Origin: a virus
Lineage: Duplodnaviria > Caudoviricetes
DNA: 61,400 nt
IMG/VR virus record: IMGVR_UViG_3300009502_000053
Span: 1-61,400 of that record
Strand: one strand, 5' to 3'
Every line of letters starts with the position of its first letter. The stretch's first letter is position 1. A model generated the notes under the pieces. It was not told the DNA's origin and ran no database searches. It saw nothing but the letters and a program-made list of their open reading frames with translations. Both the position numbers and the translations under genes were made by a program. This document shows positions 48,582-58,361 of the stretch, piece by piece.

Positions 48582-50124
48582 TCAAGATAACACAAAGCTT
48601 ATTTTAACAGAATCAACAAAAGGTGAATATAATCAATTAAAGTTATATCTGACTCGAAAGGTGCACAATTACCGTTTCATGAAGAGATTTAAGCTTGGTG
48701 TGTGGAATGGTGATATTTCTTACTTTTCAGACGGTATAATCAATTTTGGTTTATGGCAGGAGGTATATCAATGCTGTAAACAATATGGATATCCTTTTAT
48801 TATAGAGAATAAAGAACAATTTCCAAGAAATAATGCTATAACAAGAGATCAAGTACAAGAATTTGTAAATGAATTTTACAAAGATCATAAAACACCAGAT
48901 GGTAAAAATTTTATACCATATGAGCATCAAGTAGACGCTATATTTCAATTATTAAAGTATCAATATGGATTGGTTGAAATTGCAACTGCTGGTGGAAAAT
49001 CCTTGGTTTTCGGCACATTATTGTTTTATTATTTAACTCATATTGATCCTACTTCAAAATTCTTATTAATAGTGCCTAGCATCAGTTTGGTCACACAATT
49101 TTATAATGACTTAGGAGATTATAATTATGGATTTTTAAGTGATAATAAGTCACCTTTAGACATTAGAATTGATGAGGTGATGAGTGATAAACCTAGAAAA
49201 TATAGAGAAGAAGAGAAAAAACCTAATATATACATTGGAACATATCAATCACTTGAAAAATATCCTCGTGAATGGTTTCGACAATTTACTGTAGTGGCTT
49301 GTGATGAGGCTCATACTGCAAAAGCAAATACACTTATTGAAATTTTAACTAAAACATTTGGTAGTGCTAAAATTAGATTTGGTATGAGTGGTTCTTATCC
49401 TTCTGATAGTTCAGTAGAAATATTAACTATTCAATCACTTTTAGGACCAAAATTAATTAATATAAGTGCCAAGAAATTAATAGATAAAGGTCTAATATCT
49501 GATCTAAAGGTTAAAGCAGTACTTCTTCATCATGAGAATCATAAATTTGCAGAAGGAGTTTATAATATTAAGAAGAGGGGTGATGGTAAAGCTGCATATG
49601 ATCTGGAGAGGGAATATATTCATAATTCTGTTAAGAGAAAAGTATTTATTAAAAATCTGGTGGACAAATTTAAACAGAACTCATTAATATTGTTTCACAC
49701 AATTGTTTATGGTACAGAACTATACAATTATATAAAAGATAATTGTGTTGGTAAAGATGCTTATTATATTGATGGCTCAACATCAACAGAGAAGAGAGAA
49801 TATATAAAAAAACAGATGGAGATCACGTCTGGAAATCCAAAAATTTTGATTGCTAGTTTTGGAGTATTTTCAACTGGTGTTAGCGTAAAAGCAATTACAA
49901 ATATTGTATTCGCTGATTCTTTTAAAGAGCCTAAAATAATTCGCCAGGCAATTGGTAGAGGATTAAGGTTGCACGCAGAAAAGACTAAACTTATAGTGTT
50001 TGATATAGTTGATGTGTTTCATGCAGATTTTAAAACAATTTTATGGAACCAATACGAATCACGTAAATCAGAAGTATATAAGAAACAACAATATCCACTA
50101 GATGAATTAAAGGTTAAATTATGA
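48565..50124 (+). CDS. uvsW: UvsW-like SF2 DNA helicase
   Basis: WNGDI N-domain, ATAGGKS, DEAH, GMSGS, FSTGVS, QAIGRGLR. Confidence 0.9.
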   Translation: MKFKLNQDNTKLILTESTKGEYNQLKLYLTRKVHNYRFMKRFKLGVWNGDISYFSDGIINFGLWQEVYQCCKQYGYPFIIENKEQFPRNNAITRDQVQEFVNEFYKDHKTPDGKNFIPYEHQVDAIFQLLKYQYGLVEIATAGGKSLVFGTLLFYYLTHIDPTSKFLLIVPSISLVTQFYNDLGDYNYGFLSDNKSPLDIRIDEVMSDKPRKYREEEKKPNIYIGTYQSLEKYPREWFRQFTVVACDEAHTAKANTLIEILTKTFGSAKIRFGMSGSYPSDSSVEILTIQSLLGPKLINISAKKLIDKGLISDLKVKAVLLHHENHKFAEGVYNIKKRGDGKAAYDLEREYIHNSVKRKVFIKNLVDKFKQNSLILFHTIVYGTELYNYIKDNCVGKDAYYIDGSTSTEKREYIKKQMEITSGNPKILIASFGVFSTGVSVKAITNIVFADSFKEPKIIRQAIGRGLRLHAEKTKLIVFDIVDVFHADFKTILWNQYESRKSEVYKKQQYPLDELKVKL

Positions 50125-51039
50125 GTATTTTATTCTTATAAATTTGCAATTTAAATGTTTTTCAATTTCATTTTGCCTAATTATATCTTTTTCTTTTAAA
50201 ATACCTTTCTTGAAATGATGTTTTTCATCATACTCATATACAGTATTGTTTAATTCATCATAACCATCTAACCAATATCCAAGTTCTTTGATATAATACT
50301 CTCCTCCATTCATTGCGTGCCGAATAGTTATGTTATTTTCTTTACTTATTTCATCAAAAATTTCACATGCTTTTTTATTATAACTTGGTGTCATTTGATA
50401 GCCATTAAATTTATCTTTATTGATTCGTTCTATTGTTTTTAATCTAACTTTCAAACTCATTATTTTAATAGCGCAAGATTGACAATTGCCTCCATCTTTA
50501 TGCTTTGATGGTGATATAAAAAAACTACCGTGTTCTGGACAAATCACTTCACTTTTAGAGGTTGAATGCTTAAAAATAAATTTTGAATAATCATATTTGT
50601 TATTATGTCTTTTTGATAAAATTTCTATCCATTCTTCTGTATTATTATTTTTTCCTGAGCATTTAGGACATCCATGTGGTAGAGAATGTTCTATTAGACT
50701 TTGATTAAACTCTCCATGAATTGGACAAATAATAATAACTTTTTTTGACAAATTAATAAAGTTCACCTTAGAGTAATCATATTTATTATTATGCATCTTT
50801 TTTGATTTTTCTAAATATTTTTTTAATGTTTCTGACTTTATTTTTTCCTTATTACATTCTTTGCAACCATTTTTTCTTGATAATATTTTATTTGGTGTTA
50901 TTAAGAATGAACCATGAGTTTTACAAATAATCTCAATAGGTGTGTGATTATTAATATAATTTACTTTAGATAAATCAAAATTATCATCAAATATTTTTTT
51001 TATTTCTTCTATAAACTCTTCTGTTGTTTTCGCTCTCAT
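50119..51039 (-). CDS. Repeat-containing mobile endonuclease
   Basis: KYDYSK/CPxHG repeats + GYWLDGYD..VYEYDEKHH. Confidence 0.8.
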   Translation of the reverse strand: MRAKTTEEFIEEIKKIFDDNFDLSKVNYINNHTPIEIICKTHGSFLITPNKILSRKNGCKECNKEKIKSETLKKYLEKSKKMHNNKYDYSKVNFINLSKKVIIICPIHGEFNQSLIEHSLPHGCPKCSGKNNNTEEWIEILSKRHNNKYDYSKFIFKHSTSKSEVICPEHGSFFISPSKHKDGGNCQSCAIKIMSLKVRLKTIERINKDKFNGYQMTPSYNKKACEIFDEISKENNITIRHAMNGGEYYIKELGYWLDGYDELNNTVYEYDEKHHFKKGILKEKDIIRQNEIEKHLNCKFIRIKYS

Positions 51040-51076
51040 AATGTTTTTTATTCTATAAGTAAAAACTTCTCTTTTT

Positions 51077-51910
51077 TTATATGTTAAATTTTAGCATATC
51101 TTCTTTCACATTCCAGACATCAAGAACTTTACAATAGAATAGTTGTGTAAATTTTATACCTAAGACTTCAGTATGTGCTTTTACTTTAGCTGTTAATTTT
51201 ACAGTGTCCCCGTCTTTTACATCTTTGCCAATGTCATATACTTTATATTTATTACCATCCTCATCAATTAATTTACATTGCATTTGAAGTTTATTATTAT
51301 ATTGACTTGGAACTTTTTTAGCATCATAAACATCTGCTTGTATTGTGATTTTATCCCCAATTTGACCAATATGCTTACTTAAACTTTTTTCTCTATTTTT
51401 ATTGGCTACAGTTTCATAATATAGTTTAGTATAATATAGTATCTTTTCTTTCATAATAGGATCATTTCCCTTATAATTAAAATCTCTTGATAACCATACA
51501 ATATAGGTTGGATCTTCAACAAACACCTCACCAATGGTTTGACCTCTATGTTTACCTCCACTAAATATTTCTGATTTTGCAGCTTGGAACATTCCAGCCT
51601 TTGTTCCAGTTCTATCTATTATAACTGGAATCCTCCCAGCGGCTCTTTTAGCCTTTTCCACGGCTGTCATAAAGTCAGTACTAAGATTTGAGATGAAGTG
51701 ACTACTTCTAAGTGATTCTTTCCATAGAGTATAATATACACTATATCTACCAGATACATCTATATAGAAGTACCCAGTTTTATAATCCCAGTCAGGATCT
51801 ATTCCTTTTTCTAGGTATTCTTCTGCTTCTTTAATCTCATCATCAGTTGGTTGATGTAATGAAGACATTTTCTGAGCTTCATTGAATTGGCTATATTTTT
51901 GAATTTTCAT
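51077..51910 (-). CDS. Tagged protein (MKIQKYSQFNE...KFNI) with GKHRG..DPTY..WL motif and C-terminal OB-fold-like domain
   Basis: Motif inspection. Confidence 0.7.
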   Translation of the reverse strand: MKIQKYSQFNEAQKMSSLHQPTDDEIKEAEEYLEKGIDPDWDYKTGYFYIDVSGRYSVYYTLWKESLRSSHFISNLSTDFMTAVEKAKRAAGRIPVIIDRTGTKAGMFQAAKSEIFSGGKHRGQTIGEVFVEDPTYIVWLSRDFNYKGNDPIMKEKILYYTKLYYETVANKNREKSLSKHIGQIGDKITIQADVYDAKKVPSQYNNKLQMQCKLIDEDGNKYKVYDIGKDVKDGDTVKLTAKVKAHTEVLGIKFTQLFYCKVLDVWNVKEDMLKFNI

Positions 51911-51922
51911 ATTTAGTAATTT

Positions 51923-52258
51923 TTAATCTATGCTAATGGACAAGCTTCTAACATTACCCATTTCATCAGTATATACATAACAATCAGTTTCATCTTCTGA
52001 TTGGAAATAAATCTCAACCTTAGGTTCAACATTAGAATCAATGACTACACCATATTTTTCTTCTTCAAGAACAGACTCTAAATCTCTTGCCCATTCATCT
52101 TCATCTGTTACAACGTTCCACATATCTTCACTAGTCATATGATCTTTTGGATCAATCCAATCATACTCAGGATAGGTTTCTTTAACAAGATTGTAAATTT
52201 CATCCATTTTATCAACAAATACATTATTCATGTTTTCAAAGGTTTTTAAGTGTTTCAT
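51923..52258 (-). CDS. Tagged acidic protein (MKHLKTFEN)
   Basis: N-terminal tag. Confidence 0.75.
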   Translation of the reverse strand: MKHLKTFENMNNVFVDKMDEIYNLVKETYPEYDWIDPKDHMTSEDMWNVVTDEDEWARDLESVLEEEKYGVVIDSNVEPKVEIYFQSEDETDCYVYTDEMGNVRSLSISID

Positions 52259-52273
52259 TTTTAATTTTATTTT

Positions 52274-52606
52274 TTATATGTTATATTTTATTGCTGTCAT
52301 TTCATCTTCTATATTTACATTCCCAGAAAACACATAATCTCTTTTATTGAAAAATACTTCTGAACTTTTTTCATAAGGCATCCAACTCCAACCACTATCG
52401 TTTTTACTTATATAAATATATTTTTGATGATATTTTTTATCATAATTTTCTTTAAAATTTAATATTGAATTAATAAATATTGGACTACTACCAATTTCTT
52501 CTAAGGATTTTTCAAATCTTTCATCAGTTGGCAATAACCAATATTTTCTTTCTATATCTGGAATACCAAACCATTTATCTTCTTCATATAGCTTAATATG
52601 TTTCAT
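52274..52606 (-). CDS. Tagged protein (MKHIKLYEE...KYNI)
   Basis: Tags. Confidence 0.8.
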   Translation of the reverse strand: MKHIKLYEEDKWFGIPDIERKYWLLPTDERFEKSLEEIGSSPIFINSILNFKENYDKKYHQKYIYISKNDSGWSWMPYEKSSEVFFNKRDYVFSGNVNIEDEMTAIKYNI

Positions 52607-52959
52607 TAGAAATTATATTTATTAGATTTATCATATATGTCAGGATTTTCAATATATCTATTTAAATCATTTAAATCCTTAATCAAATATGGTTCAAGCA
52701 TATTATCAGATACATTATCTATTGGTATTACAACTACAGCTTCATCACAAGTTTCATCTATATTATATTCATAGTAAAGATTGCTTATGTGATGTCCATT
52801 TTCAAAAAAATAAAGTTTGTTAAGAAGTGAATATTCTCTTATTAAGTCGTACAATGCATCTTTGTCTGATGCAAATTTTTTTAGAGACTTTGCATTAAAT
52901 TTCTTTTTGTAGTATGGCTTAATATTTTCTCTTAATTGTTCAAATTTATTTATTTTCAT
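52606..52959 (-). CDS. Tagged protein (MKINKFEQLRE...KYNF)
   Basis: Tags; LIREY and YIENPD motifs like the 34-36 kb array. Confidence 0.8.
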   Translation of the reverse strand: MKINKFEQLRENIKPYYKKKFNAKSLKKFASDKDALYDLIREYSLLNKLYFFENGHHISNLYYEYNIDETCDEAVVVIPIDNVSDNMLEPYLIKDLNDLNRYIENPDIYDKSNKYNF

Positions 52960-53314
52960 AGTATTTAATACATTTATCTATTTCATTTAATAACTTGTTT
53001 GGAACTATTGGTTTTTGAACAAAAAATAGAATACCCATCTCTTTAATCTTCTTAATGATCTGATTTCCACCAGCAGTTACAATTATAATAGGAATATCAA
53101 AATTTTTCTGTATATAATCAATAGCTTCATATCCGTCCATTTGTGGCATGAATATATCTAATAGTATCATATCTGGTTTATCTTGTTTAATAAATTTTAT
53201 AGCATCTATTCCATTAATTGCTATTTGTGTATAGTATCCTAATTTTTGAACTATTGACTGTTGAATTATTGAACTATCTGCATCATCATCTACTATGAGA
53301 ATTTTATTATTCAT
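52946..53314 (-). CDS. Stand-alone response regulator receiver (CheY-like)
   Basis: ILIVDDD, LLDIFMPQMDG, IIVT, QKP. Confidence 0.92.
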   Translation of the reverse strand: MNNKILIVDDDADSSIIQQSIVQKLGYYTQIAINGIDAIKFIKQDKPDMILLDIFMPQMDGYEAIDYIQKNFDIPIIIVTAGGNQIIKKIKEMGILFFVQKPIVPNKLLNEIDKCIKYYENK

Positions 53315-53410
53315 ATCTATATGGATTATATTTAATGCTATATATAAATATTTTTAAACAAAAATTAAAAAAATCCCTATATCTATTAAATCCAAAAAAT
53401 AATTTCATGT

Positions 53411-53896
53411 ATGAATATAGTAGTATGCCCAGAAGATTTAATAAGAAGATGTCTTTTTTCAGATTATAAAAAGTTTGTTTTGAAAGATAAGTCAGAATCA
53501 GAAGTTCAAAATATAGTAAGAGAAAATAAGCCGATATCATTATCAGAGAATGATGGGTATGCAATTGGCTTGCTTAAAGTTATAGAAACAGACAATTTAA
53601 TTCATAGGTTTATGGTTCATATGAAAGAAATGATAAATATTAAGTCAACAATTTTTGATAAGAATGTCTATATTTCAGTCAGAATAATTGAAAATGAATT
53701 GGAGAGCTTTAAGAAGAGATTTCCAGAATATTGGGTTGCTGATCCTATTTATGAAAAATCAATTGCTGAAGTGATTGAATATATTATTAAATTACAAGCA
53801 ATGATAAAAACTTTTGAAATATTTGAATTTAAGATTAAAGATAAGAAAGTTAAATATTTTTCATCAAAGGATATTAAAAAAATGATAGAAAACTAA
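53411..53896 (+). CDS. Hypothetical protein
   Basis: 161 aa ORF. Confidence 0.8.
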   Translation: MNIVVCPEDLIRRCLFSDYKKFVLKDKSESEVQNIVRENKPISLSENDGYAIGLLKVIETDNLIHRFMVHMKEMINIKSTIFDKNVYISVRIIENELESFKKRFPEYWVADPIYEKSIAEVIEYIIKLQAMIKTFEIFEFKIKDKKVKYFSSKDIKKMIEN

Positions 53897-53897
53897 T

Positions 53898-54083
53898 ATG
53901 AAAGAAGTAAACGTAAGTGTTTTAAAAAATGGACCTTTGATGGTTAAAGGTGATTTAGTTAATGTTACCTATAATGGAGCTGAAACTAAAACTGAGAATG
54001 TTGTTTATTTATGCAGATGTGGAGCATCTAAGAATAAACCATATTGTGATGGATCACATAAGACAATAAATTTTGAAGATTAA
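53898..54083 (+). CDS. CDGSH iron-sulfur domain protein
   Basis: NGPL..G + LCRCGASKNKPYCDGSH. Confidence 0.92.
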   Translation: MKEVNVSVLKNGPLMVKGDLVNVTYNGAETKTENVVYLCRCGASKNKPYCDGSHKTINFED

Positions 54084-54088
54084 AAAAT

Positions 54089-54157
54089 AAAAACCTCTTT
54101 TAAGAGGTTTTTTTGTATGCAATATACCCCTAAAAAAGGTGTTTATTGCATACAAAA
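54089..54157. terminator. Tandem hairpins between convergent genes
   Basis: AAAAACCTCTT-TT-AAGAGGTTTTT then a 14-bp perfect stem TTTTGTATGCAATA...TATTGCATACAAAA. Confidence 0.8.
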
Positions 54158-54159
54158 TA

Positions 54160-55038
54160 TTAATTTTCCCACACTATTTTATAATTGTAAACGCCTGGTT
54201 GCATTATGATTTCTCTTTGATTGGTGTGATAATATTCTTTTGGTAACATTTTAACATTAACTAATACATCTTCTGGTTTAGCCATCATACTTACAACGTA
54301 TGGTGTTGAAGATGGATATTCATCAATAAATCTTCTAGCAATTAACACATTAGTAGTCCAAGATGTTGCATGATTAAAATCTGATTCTATAACTTGACCT
54401 TTTTTATATGGTGGGTTATCATTAGAATAATATTTAATTTGTACTTCTTCTATTCCTTTATAAATTTTTATTGGTTCTTTGCTTTTGAATGGTTCTAATT
54501 CATCTATTATCTCTTGTGTTAATTTTGGTACTTTTAGTGATCCTGATATGTAAAGATATAGCCATCTATCTGTTTCTTCTGATAATTCTATATTTAATCT
54601 ATCAGATTTATCTTTATCATATTTTACAAATCCCCCAATCAATTTAAAACTTGTAATATCTTCTGGTTTAGTTATAGTTACTTGTATATCTCCTAGATTA
54701 TAATAAAAATATCCAGAATATATTGTTTCTTTTTTTGTTGTACCTAATAACATATTATCTTCTGAATCTAATTTGTCAAAATCAAAATTATCAAATCCAA
54801 AGAAACTATTTCCTTCTTTTTTATAGATTGAATTTTTTAATTTGATTTGATAAATATATTCGCTAGCTGTATCAGATGCATCCGCTCTATTATAAAGATA
54901 TAATCTACCATTATTAATGTTATCTTTAGTTAATGGTGTATTTGAATATAAATATACTGGACCATTATATTCATATTCCATTTCATAGAAATCTTGCTTT
55001 TTATAATCTACTAGTTCAAATGTCTTAATATATTTCAT
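54160..55038 (-). CDS. Tagged protein with C-terminal ADP-ribosyltransferase-like domain
   Basis: MKYIKTFEL; IKIYKG, TSWTT..IARRF, NQREII resemble R-S-E ART motifs. Confidence 0.55.
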   Translation of the reverse strand: MKYIKTFELVDYKKQDFYEMEYEYNGPVYLYSNTPLTKDNINNGRLYLYNRADASDTASEYIYQIKLKNSIYKKEGNSFFGFDNFDFDKLDSEDNMLLGTTKKETIYSGYFYYNLGDIQVTITKPEDITSFKLIGGFVKYDKDKSDRLNIELSEETDRWLYLYISGSLKVPKLTQEIIDELEPFKSKEPIKIYKGIEEVQIKYYSNDNPPYKKGQVIESDFNHATSWTTNVLIARRFIDEYPSSTPYVVSMMAKPEDVLVNVKMLPKEYYHTNQREIIMQPGVYNYKIVWEN

Positions 55039-55514
55039 AAATTGAATTTTTTTATTTCTATGTATATTTCTAAATCTTTTTTATTTTTAGCCCATTTTTC
55101 AACTTTATTAAATGGTATAAAATAATCTTCATCTTCAATTCTTATTGTATAAGATTCTAATTTATCTTCTTTAGTTATAATTTCACCAATTTTATTTCTA
55201 AAAATTATATAATCTCCAACTTGAGGTTTTTTGTTATCTTCAAGTGTTTTAATATATTTTCTATCTAACTCATATTTATCAATTTCTTCTGATGTTAAAT
55301 TTCTAATTATATCATCTTGTAAAATATATTTAAATATTAAACTTTTTTGATCAATTAGTTCTACTACATAATCCCATCTACTACCTGGAAATCCTGTTGG
55401 TTTATATTTCCTTATAATTTTACATAGATGTGATGTAATATTTTTAACATAAACGTAATCATTTATTTTATAGATTAGATTTTCCTGATTTTCAAATGTC
55501 TTAATATATTTCAT
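55035..55514 (-). CDS. Tagged protein made of two fused units
   Basis: MKYIKTFEN start at 55514; internal KYEL-DR-KYIKTLED; ends KFNL. Confidence 0.75.
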   Translation of the reverse strand: MKYIKTFENQENLIYKINDYVYVKNITSHLCKIIRKYKPTGFPGSRWDYVVELIDQKSLIFKYILQDDIIRNLTSEEIDKYELDRKYIKTLEDNKKPQVGDYIIFRNKIGEIITKEDKLESYTIRIEDEDYFIPFNKVEKWAKNKKDLEIYIEIKKFNL

Positions 55515-55819
55515 ATGTTGAGTTTGTATGATTCCCATTTCCATTCTGGGATATAATTATATGCATACCAGTGATTATTTAGTTCTCCAGTCTCAAGATC
55601 TTCAACATCTGCGGAAATAAATCTATCATTCTTGTTATAACCATAGAAATTATCAAATTCTCTATGTTCATCATCTTTATCTGAATATATTTTTACCACA
55701 CGAAATTTTTTATCAGGTCTTTCAAAAGGACCACCACTCTTTTTAATGTCCCACATAACTATATCACCAACTGAATATTCAACGTTATCTAAATTTTCAA
55801 ATGTCTTAATATATTTCAT
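55511..55819 (-). CDS. Tagged protein (MKYIKTFEN...KLNI)
   Basis: Start 55819 by ATGA overlap; SVGDIV beta domain. Confidence 0.75.
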   Translation of the reverse strand: MKYIKTFENLDNVEYSVGDIVMWDIKKSGGPFERPDKKFRVVKIYSDKDDEHREFDNFYGYNKNDRFISADVEDLETGELNNHWYAYNYIPEWKWESYKLNI

Positions 55820-58242
55820 TCCCATCTAGTGTTTTTAATATTTGCTGTATATAATTCTTTTGTAGCATTATCAGCCAATATTAGATAGTTAGAATCTTGT
55901 ATAATTCTTTGTACTAAAATATTAGATTTTTGTTCTTCTGGTATTACATCATTAAATATTCTAACATTTGTCAATTTAATATCAGATGCAAAAATTGTAA
56001 TTGTTTTATTTATATTAAAGCTATTCAATGGAACGTTTGTATATTCAATTTTAGCAAGGTTCTTTAAATTTACATCATTTAATGTCGAATTTTGTTCAGT
56101 ATTTTTTACTGGTCTATATCCTCTTGATGTGTAGTATGTTATTCCAGTAGAATTATTATAATCTACAGTTGCATTTTGATAACTCTCAGTAAATAACGTA
56201 ATGTTATAACTATAATTTCTCTTATATAAGTCTAGACTTATAGTTCTTTGTCTATTATCAATATTTACTGATAAACCATACCAAATATTTGTAGTTAAAC
56301 CAGTTACGTTTAGATAATAGTTTAAATTATTTATAGTTAATACCATTTGCTGATTAGAATATGATAATTTATATCCTTTTTGAGTAGACGTATTATAATT
56401 ATTTAAGAATTCAAAATACGTACTATTATTTATATAATATGATTGATATACAGATTCATCTATTATTTTGTTAGCATCATATTTATTATTAAAATTGAAC
56501 CATACATTAAATGATCTATTATCACTAACGTTTAGAATAGAGTCTTGTAGTGAGTATGTTACTGCTGATGTACCAGCAGAGAGAGATGATAAATTATAAT
56601 AACTGTCAGAAATTTTGGTACCTTTTAATCCATTGAATATATCTTTCTTAACAATGGATAGCTTTGGATTTACATCTAACCTATAAACTTCATGTGTAGT
56701 TGGTTTGAATTGCTTATTTATAATCTTATTTTCTTCTTGATGATTTTCAAAGCCAAACAAGGCATCAAGTGTATTATTTTGTATTAGTGGTTCAATAATA
56801 TTTCTAGATGCGTCTGATAGGTTTTGCTCGTTTGCAAGTATTTCGTATTTTTCTAATACTACATTATAGTATATTCCCATATACATAATATCACGTTTTA
56901 CTTGAGCATGTCTAACTCTATACATACGATTTGCTTGACAGAAACGTATAACATCTTTTTGACCTGGTCTTTTTTCAATACCAAATGCTTTATGGAATTC
57001 ATCTTTTAATATTATGATATTAAATGTTTCAAATGCATCTAACATATATTCATTGATTTGAACTTGATTATCTGGAAATGTATTATCTGGTACAATAATT
57101 TTTATTTTTTGAACATCAATAATATTAAATAATTGATATTCATGTAGATATCTATCAATACCATTACCATCTGGATCAGTTAAGTGATATTCAACTGTCC
57201 AACCTAATATTTTATTTGTGCTTCCAGCTAAGAAATTGAACCATTGACCAATTTTAGTTGAATCATAAGGATTATAGTTTCCAGCAACTGTTGTTGGATC
57301 ATTACTTTGTGTTGTTAAACTTCCAATTACATTTCCAGTTAAATAACAACTCAAACCTTGAGTGTACCAGTTTCGATCATAGTTATATGTTTTACCATCA
57401 CCCATATAAGATGTTCTTCCAGATAAACATACTAGACTACTGCTTGGTCCTGTTCCAGGCGCACTTGTTGCACCAGACCATTGAGGAAATTGACTTGAGC
57501 AATCTTCTCTTACTCCATATCTATTAGTCTTAAGATAGTTATTGTTTATATTTTGAAAGTCTCCTAATAGTATAATGTCATATACTTTAGAAGTAATAGC
57601 ATTATTTATTTTTGTTACAGAGTATTGAACTTGTGCAAATCTAACTGGATTTAATTTTATTGTTGAGATATTTTCTGTTGTTAATGGCTCCCAAGGTGTA
57701 TATATTCTTCCACTATCTTGAGTGAATCTATATTTTATTGTAAGATTATTAGTATTTATTCCATATAGTTCAAATCCAGTTAATTTGAATACTTTATATA
57801 TGTCTTTTGGAGTAAAAATGTAGCCATCATCTGGAACATTTATAATTTCATCTGTTTCTTCAATATCATATGTTCCTTCTATTACTATAGTGTTTATTGT
57901 AAGTGACGGTGTTGTTGCTGTGTCTACATCGATTCTAAAATATTGTAAATTTAGATAAAGCATATCTAATGCACAGTATTCTTGTGTTATTCCAGTGATT
58001 GGTGCTGGTTCACTATAACTAATTCCGCTTCTTATATTGCTATAAGAGAAATATTTTTTGAAATAATGTTTATCTGTTTCACCTCTGACTATATCAGAAA
58101 AACTTGTTATGGATTTTATACTTTTTGTTGTAGTTATTGCGAATGTTTTTACATCACGATATTGTGTTGATACTTCTTCTGGTGGAGATATCCAACTCAT
58201 TGTAAAGGTTCCATCAAATTTTTTTGTGAAGATATATTGCAT
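55816..58242 (-). CDS. Virion protein with T4 gp14-like neck domain and C-terminal LamG-like domain
   Basis: GWTVEY..DRYLHEY..FGIEKRPGQKDVIRF..RMYRV; SFNVWF..NIWYGLSV..LTNVRIFN. Confidence 0.55.
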   Translation of the reverse strand: MQYIFTKKFDGTFTMSWISPPEEVSTQYRDVKTFAITTTKSIKSITSFSDIVRGETDKHYFKKYFSYSNIRSGISYSEPAPITGITQEYCALDMLYLNLQYFRIDVDTATTPSLTINTIVIEGTYDIEETDEIINVPDDGYIFTPKDIYKVFKLTGFELYGINTNNLTIKYRFTQDSGRIYTPWEPLTTENISTIKLNPVRFAQVQYSVTKINNAITSKVYDIILLGDFQNINNNYLKTNRYGVREDCSSQFPQWSGATSAPGTGPSSSLVCLSGRTSYMGDGKTYNYDRNWYTQGLSCYLTGNVIGSLTTQSNDPTTVAGNYNPYDSTKIGQWFNFLAGSTNKILGWTVEYHLTDPDGNGIDRYLHEYQLFNIIDVQKIKIIVPDNTFPDNQVQINEYMLDAFETFNIIILKDEFHKAFGIEKRPGQKDVIRFCQANRMYRVRHAQVKRDIMYMGIYYNVVLEKYEILANEQNLSDASRNIIEPLIQNNTLDALFGFENHQEENKIINKQFKPTTHEVYRLDVNPKLSIVKKDIFNGLKGTKISDSYYNLSSLSAGTSAVTYSLQDSILNVSDNRSFNVWFNFNNKYDANKIIDESVYQSYYINNSTYFEFLNNYNTSTQKGYKLSYSNQQMVLTINNLNYYLNVTGLTTNIWYGLSVNIDNRQRTISLDLYKRNYSYNITLFTESYQNATVDYNNSTGITYYTSRGYRPVKNTEQNSTLNDVNLKNLAKIEYTNVPLNSFNINKTITIFASDIKLTNVRIFNDVIPEEQKSNILVQRIIQDSNYLILADNATKELYTANIKNTRWE

Positions 58243-58335
58243 GAAATATTTCTTTTTTTATGATTTAATTTAAGTGTATATATAAAAATTAGGAACTATC
58301 TTTAAGATACTATAAATATAAAAAATATGATAGTA

Positions 58336-58361
58336 AAGTAATTATTTATAAATAATTACTT
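58336..58361. repeat. 26-bp perfect palindrome spanning the TnpB-like stop codon
   Basis: AAGTAATTATTTATAAATAATTACTT. Confidence 0.85.
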
